Shown: positions 30,088 to 40,377, numbered from the stretch's first letter. The stretch is DNA of 64,000 nt from an uncultured Nitrososphaerota archaeon (GCA_963718895.1 CAVRAG010000007.1:672001-736000), one strand, 5' to 3'. The notes: generated by a model from the sequence alone, not told the origin. Program-made: numbers and translations.

Positions 30088-30396
30088 ATGGCAAAGAGGA
30101 AGATGAGGCGGGACGATTCGACTGAAGGCTGTGATCCTCCCGGCTCTGGTCCCAAGGTGGACGCCGAGAAAGAGGTGAATCGCCCGTGCACCCTCTGCGG
30201 CAGCAAGATGTATTTCGCGGCGGACTTCCAGGTGCACGTCTGCCTGAACAAGGAGCACGGAGCGCTGGCGTATTACGGCCTCGATGACTGTTACTTCACC
30301 TCTCAAGACGCTGTGGCCTCGAGGTTCGAGAAGGAGGGTAAGAAGTTCCACATGATCGAGCCTGAGGTTCTGCAAATGATAGGGGTCGAATCCTGA
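30088..30396 (+). CDS. Small zinc-finger-like protein
   Basis: CTLC...HVC..EH; TTTAAG about 28 nt upstream. Confidence 0.65.
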   Translation: MAKRKMRRDDSTEGCDPPGSGPKVDAEKEVNRPCTLCGSKMYFAADFQVHVCLNKEHGALAYYGLDDCYFTSQDAVASRFEKEGKKFHMIEPEVLQMIGVES

Positions 30397-30477
30397 TCCC
30401 GGAATCCTCCGCTTGACAAAAGTTGGAGAGAGGGCACGGCATCACCCGCGCCCTCCGTCTGTTCTTGTCTTCGTCTT

Positions 30478-32781
30478 CTACTCGTTGAGGAGGTAGGCCT
30501 GGTAGGAGGCTGTGCCGGTCTGGCTACGGTCTCCTGTGTAGTCGCTTCCGCCCTCGCCTGTGGCCCCTGCAACCAGGTTCGTCTTGTAGTTCTCTGGGGT
30601 TCCTGCTAGGTCACCGGTCGAGTGGGCGCTGATCCCGCTTGGACTGGTCGGTTCGACGCCGAGACCGTTGTAGAGGGCACTTGCACTGGATAGGCTCAGG
30701 GTGCCGAAGCTGCTGTAGAAAGCAGCGCCCCACTGCCAGTCGAGCTTGAATGAGTTCGTCGTTCCACTGAAGGCGCCGAGCCAGGTCACTTTGGCTCCCT
30801 GGAGCGAGACGCCGCTGGGTACCTGGTAGGCGAGGCCTGAGAGGAAGACGCTCCCCGCGTAGCTCGTGGGGACCGTGGTCACCCACTGTCCGCCGGTGAA
30901 CGTGGTCGTAGGTGTCGTTGCTGTTGGGCTGTAGACCACTTCGGCGTTCGGCGCCGGCAGCTGGAGCGTAGTGCCGCTCTTGAGCTGGACGTCTATCCAC
31001 TGCCCGCTGAAGTGGGCCGTAAGGCCTGTCGAAGGGACGCTTGAGGTCAGGGCCATCGAGGTGCTGAACCAGACGTAGCTTCCCGCGGTCACTGGCGTGT
31101 TGTTGAAGATCGATTGGATGGCGCAGACGCCGGGGTCGGTGTCCTGGTCGGTGCAGGTGTGCAGGGAGGAGAGAGAGGATGGGTCCGATTGGAGGCCGAA
31201 CAGTCCTTCACTGGTCCGGACCGGCTCACCGGTCTGGGGGTTGAGGAAGAGCCTGTCCGCGGATGGGCGCTGGTTGAAGTTGAACATGTTGTCCAGTGTG
31301 CCGGCGAGGTTGTCGAAGGACGTCGGGCCGACGCTGCCGAGATGCCAGTTGTCCTCGATGAACTTGAGTATCGAGGTCTGGTCGGTGAGGGTGTTGTCGA
31401 CGAAGTTCTGCTTGGCGTAGGGCGAGATTACGAGGAGCGGGATGCGAGGTCCGTATCCGCACCTGTCCTCGACGCCGAGCGGTGAGGCCCCGGCCCCGCA
31501 GGCGTTCCCGTTGAGCACGTCATTGGTCGGGTCGCTCGATGGGTTGACGATCGGACCCATGACCTGGTCGTACCAGCCGTCTGAGTCGTCCCAGTTGATG
31601 ATGACCGCTGTGCTGGACCAGGTCGGGAGGCTCTCGAGCTGGTTGATGGTGTTGGCCAGGAAGGTCTGCTCGTCCAGAGGGTCAGAGTTCCCAGGGTGGC
31701 CGTCCTGATACCTGTCCGGCTTGAGGAAGCTGACGGCAGGAAGGTTGCCCGAGTCCGCCGCGATCCAGAACGAGGAGAGGTCGTACTGGTGGTTAGCCTG
31801 GTCGGTGTATCCGATCATGGAGGGGGAGCTCGGAGGGAGGTGGTGGGGGTTGGCGGTAGAGAGGAAGTACTGGAACGGCTCGTGGTGGGCGCTGTAGTCC
31901 GCCTCGGTCGTCCCTCCGACCTGCACGTTGGATGCGCCGCAGACCGCCGGCGAGCCCGTCACTGGGTTGTATGGCACGGTCGGCGTGAAGCCGCCCTGGA
32001 ACCATCCCCAGGTGATGTCGGCCGCGTTGAGCAGGTCTCCGATGTTCTGGGGTGAGCTGGGTCCGCTCGTGGGGACCATTGCGAGGGTGGTGCTCGCCGA
32101 GCAGTCGTCGTATGTCGGGTCTGCGTCTCCTATCACCTGGCCGTTGGCCAGAAGACCTGCGACGTTTGTGATGCCGCCGACGCCTGCGACAGTGGCGACC
32201 ATCGGACCGCCGATGCCTGAGATCAGGTTGAGAGCTCCGGGCGTGGATGGGCCGAAGGTCGTCCCGAAGGAGTTGTCATTTAGGGCGAAGTTCTGGGCGT
32301 AGTTCCAGAGGGCGGTCACGGTGTTCCCGTCGTAGTAGTTCATGACGAGGCCGTCGCTGCAGCTCGTCTGCTCCGGGAACATGTTCATCAGCCCTCCGTT
32401 GAACGCGGCCTGCTCGGCGGTGTAGTCGTGGTCGTTGTCGCAGGTCACCGGCTGGGTGCGGTCGAGCCTCGAGGGGTTGTCTAACGGGTTGCCCGTCACG
32501 AGCTCGTTGGGGTTGCTCGTCAGCAGAGAACCCGTGAGGCCAACGACCGTGGGTGTCCCCGGAGCCGCCGTGAACTGGGGCTCGTTGGGGAGGTTGGCCG
32601 CGACCGGATACGTCCCGAAGTAGTGATCGAACGAGACGTTCTCGTTGAAGATGACGACCACGTGCTGGATAGGGGTTGCCGTGCTCGAGTTGTCGCGCGG
32701 GATTGCGGCCACGTTGGCCGTCAGCATGATTGCGAACAGTACTACCGGAATTGCGAGAGTAGACTTTGCGTAGGTTTTCAT
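30478..32781 (-). CDS. Secreted phospholipase C / acid phosphatase (phosphoesterase family) with an extra C-terminal domain
   Basis: PIQHVVVIFNENVSFDHYFG, FGPSTPGA, DGHPG, WDDSDGWYD and GYGPRIP motifs. Confidence 0.93.
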   Translation of the reverse strand: MKTYAKSTLAIPVVLFAIMLTANVAAIPRDNSSTATPIQHVVVIFNENVSFDHYFGTYPVAANLPNEPQFTAAPGTPTVVGLTGSLLTSNPNELVTGNPLDNPSRLDRTQPVTCDNDHDYTAEQAAFNGGLMNMFPEQTSCSDGLVMNYYDGNTVTALWNYAQNFALNDNSFGTTFGPSTPGALNLISGIGGPMVATVAGVGGITNVAGLLANGQVIGDADPTYDDCSASTTLAMVPTSGPSSPQNIGDLLNAADITWGWFQGGFTPTVPYNPVTGSPAVCGASNVQVGGTTEADYSAHHEPFQYFLSTANPHHLPPSSPSMIGYTDQANHQYDLSSFWIAADSGNLPAVSFLKPDRYQDGHPGNSDPLDEQTFLANTINQLESLPTWSSTAVIINWDDSDGWYDQVMGPIVNPSSDPTNDVLNGNACGAGASPLGVEDRCGYGPRIPLLVISPYAKQNFVDNTLTDQTSILKFIEDNWHLGSVGPTSFDNLAGTLDNMFNFNQRPSADRLFLNPQTGEPVRTSEGLFGLQSDPSSLSSLHTCTDQDTDPGVCAIQSIFNNTPVTAGSYVWFSTSMALTSSVPSTGLTAHFSGQWIDVQLKSGTTLQLPAPNAEVVYSPTATTPTTTFTGGQWVTTVPTSYAGSVFLSGLAYQVPSGVSLQGAKVTWLGAFSGTTNSFKLDWQWGAAFYSSFGTLSLSSASALYNGLGVEPTSPSGISAHSTGDLAGTPENYKTNLVAGATGEGGSDYTGDRSQTGTASYQAYLLNE

Positions 32782-32813
32782 CGGCTCAGAATGTCTGCCG
32801 GAACGATTTCTGC

Positions 32814-32827
32814 ATTACATATGTAAT
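32814..32827. promoter_or_regulatory. Perfect 14-bp palindrome ATTACATATGTAAT
   Basis: In the AT-rich promoter region upstream of the phosphoesterase. Confidence 0.55.
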
Positions 32828-33059
32828 CTAGTTATTTTCCGATAAAACATATATCAGCAATATTGAATATGGTGTAATGACTAACCATAACAAACTTGAC
32901 GAGGCTTCTACGAGGGCCGAGCATCGGCAGGACGGACAATTGGGGGCGAGGGCTTCGTCGCGCCCGACGAATCTCGCGGTACAGGTCAATCTCGTTGACG
33001 ATGGCGTGGACGGAGGACCGGCCAAGGCATAAATATCATTCGAGGTCCGAACCGGACGA

Positions 33060-33728
33060 ATGCGGGAGAATCCATCGGAAAAGGTCATGTTTGACCGAAT
33101 GGAGAGAAAGCTCTACTCCGCCGTGGTCTCGGACATCCTCGACGACCTGGGAATCCGAGACCACACCCTGAACAATCTGATTCGCCCGATACGCGGTGAC
33201 ATGGTCCTAGCGGGACGGTCGAAGCCAATGCTCGCCTCCAGGGTCTTCGAGGTCCCGGACGAGCCCTACAAGGTCACGATCGAGGCGCTGGACAGCCTGA
33301 AGCCGGACGAGGTCCCCGTCATAGTCACCAACAACGACTCGACCTCTGCGACGTGGGGGGAACTGCTCTCGACGGCCAGCAAGGCCAGGGGCGCGCGAGG
33401 GACGATAATCGAGGGGCTCGCCAGGGACACCCGCCAGATCATGGCGATGGGCTATCCGCTCTTCTGCACGGGAACCACGCCGACCGATTCGAAGGGCAGA
33501 TCCGAGGTCACCGAGTACGGCCGCCAGGTGAGGTGCGGGGACGCCACCGTCAGGCCCGGAGACATCGTCTTCGCCGACCTGGACGGGATAGTTGCGATCC
33601 CGAGGGAGGTCGAGGCCGAGGTTCTCGACCGAGCCTACAAGAAGGCGGGCAGAGAGAATGTGGTACGCAGAGACCTCCTCAGGGGCGAACTCCTTGGCGA
33701 CACGTGGCGGAAACACGGAGTGCTCTAG
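33060..33728 (+). CDS. RraA/HMG aldolase family protein
   Basis: SAVVSDILD, WGELL, G.ARD and PGDIVFADLDG motifs. Confidence 0.9.
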   Translation: MRENPSEKVMFDRMERKLYSAVVSDILDDLGIRDHTLNNLIRPIRGDMVLAGRSKPMLASRVFEVPDEPYKVTIEALDSLKPDEVPVIVTNNDSTSATWGELLSTASKARGARGTIIEGLARDTRQIMAMGYPLFCTGTTPTDSKGRSEVTEYGRQVRCGDATVRPGDIVFADLDGIVAIPREVEAEVLDRAYKKAGRENVVRRDLLRGELLGDTWRKHGVL

Positions 33729-33764
33729 CGACAGGTGAGGGCCAGGACGTGCCGGCTCGCTGTG

Positions 33765-34037
33765 CTACAGGACGGCGAAGATCGTCAGGAGAGCGAATGC
33801 CACACCACTCACGAGCAGCGCCGCGATGACCAGCCAGAAGACCGACCTCACGCATGCGCGCACGGATTCGTCAGAGGTCACGTCGAGGCCGAGCACCCGG
33901 AACCCCTCAGACTCTGCGGTCTCCGGCTTTCGGGACGTGCCGAAGACCCGGAACCCGTTCTTTGATAACAGGGAGGCGATGGCTCTCCCGAAACCAGAGG
34001 ATGCGCCGGTGACCAGGGCGACGCGTGACGATTCCAT
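33765..34037 (-). pseudogene. Truncated SDR oxidoreductase N-terminus fused to a hydrophobic tail
   Basis: VALVTGASSGFG...LDVTSDESV, but no NAG or YxxxK catalytic region. Confidence 0.75.
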
Positions 34038-34193
34038 GCGCGCTTCCTTGCGGAGGGACTGATATCTCTTCCCGGGCACCGGTCAGGGAGGAGGAGGTCT
34101 CACGTGGTCAACGTCTAGCTCAAATCGAACCCCTGACCCGGCAGTGTGTTGGCCCGCTTTTTGCCGCAGGATAGAGGAGGACAGAGTCCGGGA

Positions 34194-35003
34194 GTGCACA
34201 AGGTGAACCTTACCGGTGAGAAGGAGACGCTCCTCATCACCCTCTACGCCAAGGCGCTGGACAGCCGCTCGAAGCACCCCATACTCGGCGACAAGAAGGC
34301 GGACGAGATGGTGAGCATGATCGACTACGACTTCCAGAGGCTCACGGGCTTTGGAAACGGGAACGTCATGGTCGTCAGGGCAAAGCAGTTGGATGAATGG
34401 GTCAGGGAGTTCCTCCGGTCGAACCCCGACGCGGTGGTGCTGAACCTCGGCTGTGGCCTGGACACGAGGATCTCTAGGATAGACCCATCTTCCCGCGTGA
34501 GCTGGTTTGACGTCGACTACCCCGAGGTCATCGAGGAGCGCCGCAAGTTCTACTCGGACCGGGAGGGATACCAGATGCTGGAGTCGTCCGTTACGGGGGA
34601 GGGATGGCTCGAGAGTGTGCCGGGTGGCCGGCCGGCGATGGCGATCGCAGAAGGACTAGTGGAGTACCTCACGGAAGAAGAGGTGAAGACGCTTCTCAAG
34701 AGGGTGGCGGACCACTTCCCTCGTGGCCAGGTCGTCTTCGACGTGATGAACTCGTTCGCCATCCAGTCAGGAAGGTCGAGGCTCAAGGAGAGGACCGGAG
34801 CCGAGCACAAGTGGGCGGTCGACGACGTCAGCGAAGTCGACAGACTTGATCCAAGGCTGAGGAGGATCTCCAACACGTCGCTCTTCGGGTCCAAGTATCT
34901 CCCGTCGGTGTATCGCGTCGCCTTCGGGACGGCGTCCATCGCCCCGCGTTTCAGGAACATGATACGCCTGCTCCGCTACGAGTTCGGATCAACACGGCGC
35001 TAG
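34194..35003 (+). CDS. Class I SAM-dependent methyltransferase (leucine carboxyl methyltransferase-like)
   Basis: ETLLITLYAKA, LGCGLDTR and DVDYPEV motifs. Confidence 0.9.
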   Translation: MHKVNLTGEKETLLITLYAKALDSRSKHPILGDKKADEMVSMIDYDFQRLTGFGNGNVMVVRAKQLDEWVREFLRSNPDAVVLNLGCGLDTRISRIDPSSRVSWFDVDYPEVIEERRKFYSDREGYQMLESSVTGEGWLESVPGGRPAMAIAEGLVEYLTEEEVKTLLKRVADHFPRGQVVFDVMNSFAIQSGRSRLKERTGAEHKWAVDDVSEVDRLDPRLRRISNTSLFGSKYLPSVYRVAFGTASIAPRFRNMIRLLRYEFGSTRR

Positions 35004-35009
35004 TCCGAG

Positions 35010-36211
35010 CTACCTCGTCATCTGTCGCCTGAACACCGGGACGGCTATCGCCGTCAGCACGGCCCCGAAGACTATCAGGATGGCCAAGTCGGTTGTGATG
35101 TCGGGTATCCCCGCGCCGAGGACCATGACCTTCCTCAGAGCGTCCGACGCGTAGGTGAGCGGGAGCACCTTCGAGATGTCCTGCATAAACCATGGCATCT
35201 GCTGTATCGGGAAGAAGACACCGCTCAGGAACATCATGGGGAACATCAGAGTGGTCATCAGCATCGTTGCCGTTTGCTGGTCCTTGGCGAACGAGGTCAA
35301 CACTATGCCGAGGCCGACGAAGCTGAACACCCCGAGCAGCAGCAGGCCGAAGACGAGCAGGATGCTCCCATGTATGGTCACGCCGAACAGCAGGACGGCC
35401 AGGACCAGGATTATTGACCCCCTGGAGGATGCCTCTGACAGTTTGGCTCAGGGTCTTGCCGAGGATGACCGAGAGCCTGTTGATGGGAGCCACCATCATC
35501 CCGTCCATCGTGCCGATTTCTTTCTCCTGTGAGATCGCGCCGGGGAGGCCGGTCATGACGCTCATCATGACGACCATGGCCATTATTCCCGGGGCGAGGA
35601 AGTCGAAGTAGTTGGAGGTGCCGGCGACCACGCCCTGCATCTGGACCCTGTATGGCTGCACTATCGCAAGGGAATCGGACGCGTTGACCGCCGGACTGAG
35701 ATCCTGGACGTTCTGCTGGGCCAGCGAGGTGCCCATCTTGCTGAAGACGCCGGAGAGGAGAGTCTGAATTGTGGCCGAGACCTGAGGGTTAGACTGGTCG
35801 GTCATGATCATGAGCATCCCCTGCTTCCCGCTGAGGAGGCTTGCCGAGAAGTTGCTCGGGATGATTATCGCGCCCTCGAGGTTGCCGCCCTGAATCGAGC
35901 TCCTGACAGCGGAGACGCTCGGCTCCGCAGAGAGCTTCATCATGCTCGTCTTGCTGTTGATCTGGTCCAGGACGGAGATGAACGTCTGGCTCCCGATGGT
36001 CGAGTTGTTGTATCCCGAGTCCATGTTGACTATCGCGACGGGCAGCGTTGCTGACCGAGTTGCCGCTCGTTGGGTAGATGAAGCCAACCATTCCCAGCAT
36101 GAAGAGGGGCATCACGATGAGCAGGACCAGGCCGAACTTGTTCCTTTCGAGCTCAAGCAGGTCCTTCCAGGCGATTCTGAAGCTGTGCGAAAGCAGAGTC
36201 TTGGCTCCCAT
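35010..36211 (-). CDS. ABC-2 permease, split by two frameshifts (near 36047 and 35415)
   Basis: Pieces in three frames join: MGAKTLL..AWKD / LPVAIVNMD..EKEIGT / FPMMFLSGVFFP. Confidence 0.85.
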
Positions 36212-36216
36212 CAGCT

Positions 36217-37273
36217 TCACCTTATCCTCCCGGGCCCGCCACCAAATCCGTGCCGCGACTCGAGCGGGATCTTCCGGTCCGCGCTGTCTCTTACCTCGTG
36301 GCCCGTCAGGTGCAGGAAGACGTCCTCGAGCGTCGGCTGGACGCTCTCTATCGATGTTATCTTCCCGCCCTTCCGCCTCACCGCGTCGATCACACCGTCG
36401 AAGGCGTCGTCTGCCGCGCGCAATCAGGCGGATCTGCGTGGGGCCCTCCTGGGAGGCGGACTTCACGCAGTCGAGGGTCCGGAGAGACTCGAGGAGATCG
36501 GTCGTGAGATTCGCTATGCCCAGCTTCAGGACCGTGGAGTCTTCACCGGAGATCAGCTTCTTGAGGCCGCTCGAGGTGTCCAGGGCGACCACCTTCCCGT
36601 GATCGATGATCGCGATGCGGTTGCAGAGCATGTCGGCGTCGACCATCGTGTGGGTCGTCACGATTATCGTCGTCCCGTTCTCCCTGTTGAGCTTCTTGAC
36701 GAACTCCCGGATCTCGACCGAGGACTGGGGGTCTAGCCCCAGTGTGGGCTCGTCCAAGAACAGCACGCGGGGCATGTTTAGCAGTGACCGCACCACGTTC
36801 ATCCTCTGGCGCATCCCAGTCGAGAACGTGCCCACCTGGGCGTCCTTCCACTTGGTCAGCTGGACCAGGTCCAGCAGCTCGTCGATCCTCTTCGTAAGCA
36901 CATCCCTTGGAATGTCGAAGAGGCTGCCGAAGAACCAGAGGTTTTCCCTCGCCGTCAGGCGGTCGTACATAATCATCTTCTCAGAGACGATGCCGATCAG
37001 CTTGCGGACCTCTGTGTCATCGTTCACGATGTCGTAGCCCCCGATCGTCGCTGTCCCCTTGGTCGGCCTCGCAAGTGTGGAGAGTATCCTCAGGGTCGTG
37101 CTCTTCCCAGCCCCGTTGGGGCCGAGAAGGCCGAATATCTCGCCCTTCTTGACGTCGAACGAGACGTCATCGACGGCCACGAAGTCTCCGAACTTCTTGG
37201 TCAGTCCTTCGACCCTGATCATCGAGTCGCCCTCGGCGACGCGGCCCTCTGAGACCAGCGCGGTCGTACTCAA
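36217..37273 (-). CDS. ABC transporter ATP-binding protein (DrrA-like), frameshift near 36420
   Basis: GPNGAGKS and LDEPT motifs; PTLEDVFLHLTG lies in the alternate frame. Confidence 0.9.
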
Positions 37274-37914
37274 GCCTCTTTCCCCTCCGATGCCGATCCC
37301 TCGGGGACGGAGCTCCCGGAGCGGGAGCGGCCGTCCAGCTTCTTGATCATGGAGTTGGTTCGGGTCAGCTCCCTCTCCAGATTGAGCCTGTGCTGGCGGA
37401 GGATGAACAGTCTGTCCTGGTCGCCCAGGCCGCTTCTGTCCGATTCGACGATCATGTGGACGAGCTCGATCTGCAGTTCAGAGGAGTTGAGGGCGAACCT
37501 CACCAAGTCATCGGGTTCCATCAGCTCGATGAAGAGCCGGCCCATGAGGTTAAGGCGTTCCGTGGACGACTTCATCATCTTCTTGGCGTTGGCGATGTTC
37601 TCCAGTCCTGCGGGAGTTATCTGGTAGAGGACCTGGGCGGACCCACCGCGCTCCTTCTTCTGGGCCTTGATGTAGCCCTGTTTCGCGAGCTTCTGGAGCA
37701 CCGGATAGACAGCTCCGGGTCCGGGCCGCCAGGCGCCCTCGGTCCTGGCCTCAATCTCCTTCATGATGTCGTAGCCTCTCATCGGCCTGCGGCCTATGCT
37801 CAGAATAGAGTAGAAGTGAAGGAGACCCCTCGGGGCGCCCTGCGGATGCGGACTCCCGTCCTCAAAGAGCCCCGGGCCCTCCCGGTGAGGTGGGGACCTT
37901 CTCGCCTTTTCCAT
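37270..37914 (-). CDS. PadR family transcription regulator
   Basis: GYDIMKEI...WRPGPGAVYPVL...YQITPAG. Confidence 0.92.
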   Translation of the reverse strand: MEKARRSPPHREGPGLFEDGSPHPQGAPRGLLHFYSILSIGRRPMRGYDIMKEIEARTEGAWRPGPGAVYPVLQKLAKQGYIKAQKKERGGSAQVLYQITPAGLENIANAKKMMKSSTERLNLMGRLFIELMEPDDLVRFALNSSELQIELVHMIVESDRSGLGDQDRLFILRQHRLNLERELTRTNSMIKKLDGRSRSGSSVPEGSASEGKEA

Positions 37915-37959
37915 GAGCAGCCGCCCTGAGAATAGATTATATAACTATATCTTAAAGAG

Positions 37960-37973
37960 TATCGATTTCGATA
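37960..37973. promoter_or_regulatory. Putative PadR operator TATCGA-TT-TCGATA
   Basis: Perfect inverted repeat beside the TATA-rich padR promoter. Confidence 0.6.
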
Positions 37974-38027
37974 GTGACGCGACCACTGGCGTTATCTAGG
38001 CGTCGAACTGCGATTACTGACCGAGCG

Positions 38028-38378
38028 CTATTTGGCGAGTTCGAGAAGCCTCTGCCTGAGCTTCGCTGCCTCAAGGACATCGACGGTATCGCCGCCAAGC
38101 TTGTAGCTCTCCAGCGCCTTCTCGCTCAACGGCAGGGCCTGTCTCGCCTTCAGCTTCACGTCAATCTGCTGCGAGAAGACCCTCTTGATGGCGTCGAGGT
38201 AGGAATCGCCGCAGGACTTGTAGTCTTCGAGCTTGCGGTGGCACTCGGCCAGCCATTCATAGAGCTCTGCCCTTTCTGACGGGGACTTGCTCTCGCTGGA
38301 TGCTTCATCCTCAAGGATGGATATGGCTCTCCCGTACTCGCGACCGTTCATCAGGACCACGACTTCCTTTAGGCTCAT
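38028..38378 (-). CDS. Small TPR-like helical protein
   Basis: Helical repeat pattern LYEWLAECHRKLEDY; start at MSLKEVV. Confidence 0.7.
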   Translation of the reverse strand: MSLKEVVVLMNGREYGRAISILEDEASSESKSPSERAELYEWLAECHRKLEDYKSCGDSYLDAIKRVFSQQIDVKLKARQALPLSEKALESYKLGGDTVDVLEAAKLRQRLLELAK

Positions 38379-38469
38379 TTCGTTGACCAGAGCACTGTGG
38401 GACTCCTTTTTGATAAATGGCGTAGTGTGAGAATTCCTCCACCCCGGACTCAAAACCCACCGGATCGCC

Positions 38470-38730
38470 ACGGGCGAGAGTGGAACCTGTTCCACCTTGC
38501 TGCTCTCTCGTAGGCCAGGGCGGCAGAGAGTACTTCCCCCCTCGAGATGGTTGGCGACGAGCTGGAGCCCCACGGGGAGGCCGTTCGAGAGACCGCAGTT
38601 GACCGAGAGAGCTGTGTGCCGGGTGAAGTTGAATGGGATGAGGAACCCCTTATCGAGGAGGGCTTTCGCGTCGGGCTGATAGTCCCCAGCCCTCGTGCGG
38701 AACGCCTCTTCATGGTAGGCCGACGACTGG
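38470..38730 (-). pseudogene. Amidase (AS family) C-terminal relic with an internal deletion
   Basis: SSAYHEEAFRTRAGDY...PFNFTRHTALSVNCGLSNGLPVGLQLV, then AALAYERA after a frameshift. Confidence 0.75.
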
Positions 38731-39372
38731 TCATCCGGGCTGGCTCATAGACCGGAGGAAGAAGGCGATGAAAGCGGCGCCCGGGTCCGCGCGCCCTCTG
38801 CTCCTCTCTCCCAGATAGCTGCCCCTCCCCACCCGGGCCACCATGTCGACGGTCGAGTCGGAACCGGCCTCTGCTGCCGACGCCGCCCTGGCCAGCGCAG
38901 GCCCGAGACCTGCACCCTCACTGGTCGCTGCCTCCGCCGCGAGCGCCGCAGGCTCGAGGGCGTCCAGGAGCGTCTTGTCGCCCGGCGCCGCGCCGCCCGT
39001 GGCCATGACAGCGACGAACATCGCCCTGAGGATCGTCGAGAGCCCCGCCGTGTCCAGGGTCTTCCTGCCTTCCATCGCCTTCCCGGCCTCGGTCAGCGCG
39101 CAGCCGAACAAGACGCCGATGGTGGAGCCTACTTCCATCGAGAAGGTGTCTCCGGCGACGGTAAGAATCCTGCAGACGTCGGGGTCGTCTTCCTGGGACA
39201 GCCTCGTGAGAATCAATCCGAAGCCCTTCGAGACGCTGACTCCGAAATCGGCGTCTCCGAGCATGTCGAGCTCCGAGAAGTAGCTCGCCTGCTGGATCAC
39301 GGCCTCGGCCGCCCGGGCGAACATCCTTCGGAAATCGGCCGAGGAGACCGTGGGCTCGTCCTGGATGGACAT
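38731..39372 (-). CDS. dhaL: Dihydroxyacetone kinase subunit L (Dak2)
   Basis: LDMLGDADFG, GDKTLLDAL, GRGSYLGER and DPGA motifs. Confidence 0.93.
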   Translation of the reverse strand: MSIQDEPTVSSADFRRMFARAAEAVIQQASYFSELDMLGDADFGVSVSKGFGLILTRLSQEDDPDVCRILTVAGDTFSMEVGSTIGVLFGCALTEAGKAMEGRKTLDTAGLSTILRAMFVAVMATGGAAPGDKTLLDALEPAALAAEAATSEGAGLGPALARAASAAEAGSDSTVDMVARVGRGSYLGERSRGRADPGAAFIAFFLRSMSQPG

Positions 39373-40377
39373 TCAGCTCCACGTGTGCCACGCGGGCGCC
39401 TCCGTCGGCTCTTCTAGGAGGCTCTTCAGCTCGTCGCTCAGCCTGAGCAGGGTGAGGTGGACGCCGGCCATCTCCATGGATGCCGTGTACTCACCCACGA
39501 ACGAGGCGGCTGGGGCGATCCCTCTGGACGCGAGGTGCCTGCAGACATCCCTGTAGAAGATGAACTTCTCCATGTTCGAGGTACCGCCCATGCCCTGGGC
39601 CATGACGGCCACCCTGTCCCCGCTCGAGAGGTGCAGGTCCTCGGCGATGTGGCTCACGAGGTACTCTGAGATCGCGTCTGCGGTCATCATCCTCACTCGC
39701 TCGACGCCGGGCTCGCCGTGGATGCCTATGCCCAGCTCGAGCTCGTCGTCTGCTATCGTGAAGGTGGGCCGCCCGACCGCAGGTATGGTGCAGGGAGCGA
39801 GGGCGACCCCCATCGACCCGGAGTTCGAGACGACCGTCTCCGCCGCCCTCTTGACATCGGCGAGCGTTGTCGCGCCTCCCCGTCCTCCCTCGGCCATGGC
39901 TCCGGCGATCTTCTCGACGAAGATGGCGGCCCCGACTCCTCGCCGCTTGTTCTTGTCCTTGATGGCGACGTCGTCGTTAACCAGGACGTGCTCCGTGGGG
40001 ATCCCGGCTTCCCTCGCCTTCCGCTCGGCAAGGCCGAAGTTCAGGACGTCTCCCCCGTAATTCGGGAGGACGATGAGCACTCCGAGGCCTCCGTTGGCGC
40101 CCTGGATCGCGGTCAGGATGTCCCCGGTCCCGGGGGCCGAGAAGACGTCACCCATGGCGACCGCGTCGAGCATCCCCCGACCCACATAGCCCACGTGGCC
40201 AGGCTCGTGCCCAGATCCGGCTCCGGAGACCAGGGCCACCTTGCCCTTGACGGGAGCGTCCTTTCTGAAGACGATCCTCTTGCCGGGTATCCTGCGCAGC
40301 ACGTCAGGCATGGAGAGGACCATCCCCTCCAGGGCATCGTCAGCGACCGATGTAGGATCGTCCAGGATCTTCTTCAA
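39373..40377 (-). CDS. dhaK: Dihydroxyacetone kinase subunit K (Dak1)
   Basis: GSGHEP, NYGGD, RRGVG and GIHGEPG motifs. Confidence 0.95.
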   Translation of the reverse strand: MKKILDDPTSVADDALEGMVLSMPDVLRRIPGKRIVFRKDAPVKGKVALVSGAGSGHEPGHVGYVGRGMLDAVAMGDVFSAPGTGDILTAIQGANGGLGVLIVLPNYGGDVLNFGLAERKAREAGIPTEHVLVNDDVAIKDKNKRRGVGAAIFVEKIAGAMAEGGRGGATTLADVKRAAETVVSNSGSMGVALAPCTIPAVGRPTFTIADDELELGIGIHGEPGVERVRMMTADAISEYLVSHIAEDLHLSSGDRVAVMAQGMGGTSNMEKFIFYRDVCRHLASRGIAPAASFVGEYTASMEMAGVHLTLLRLSDELKSLLEEPTEAPAWHTWS

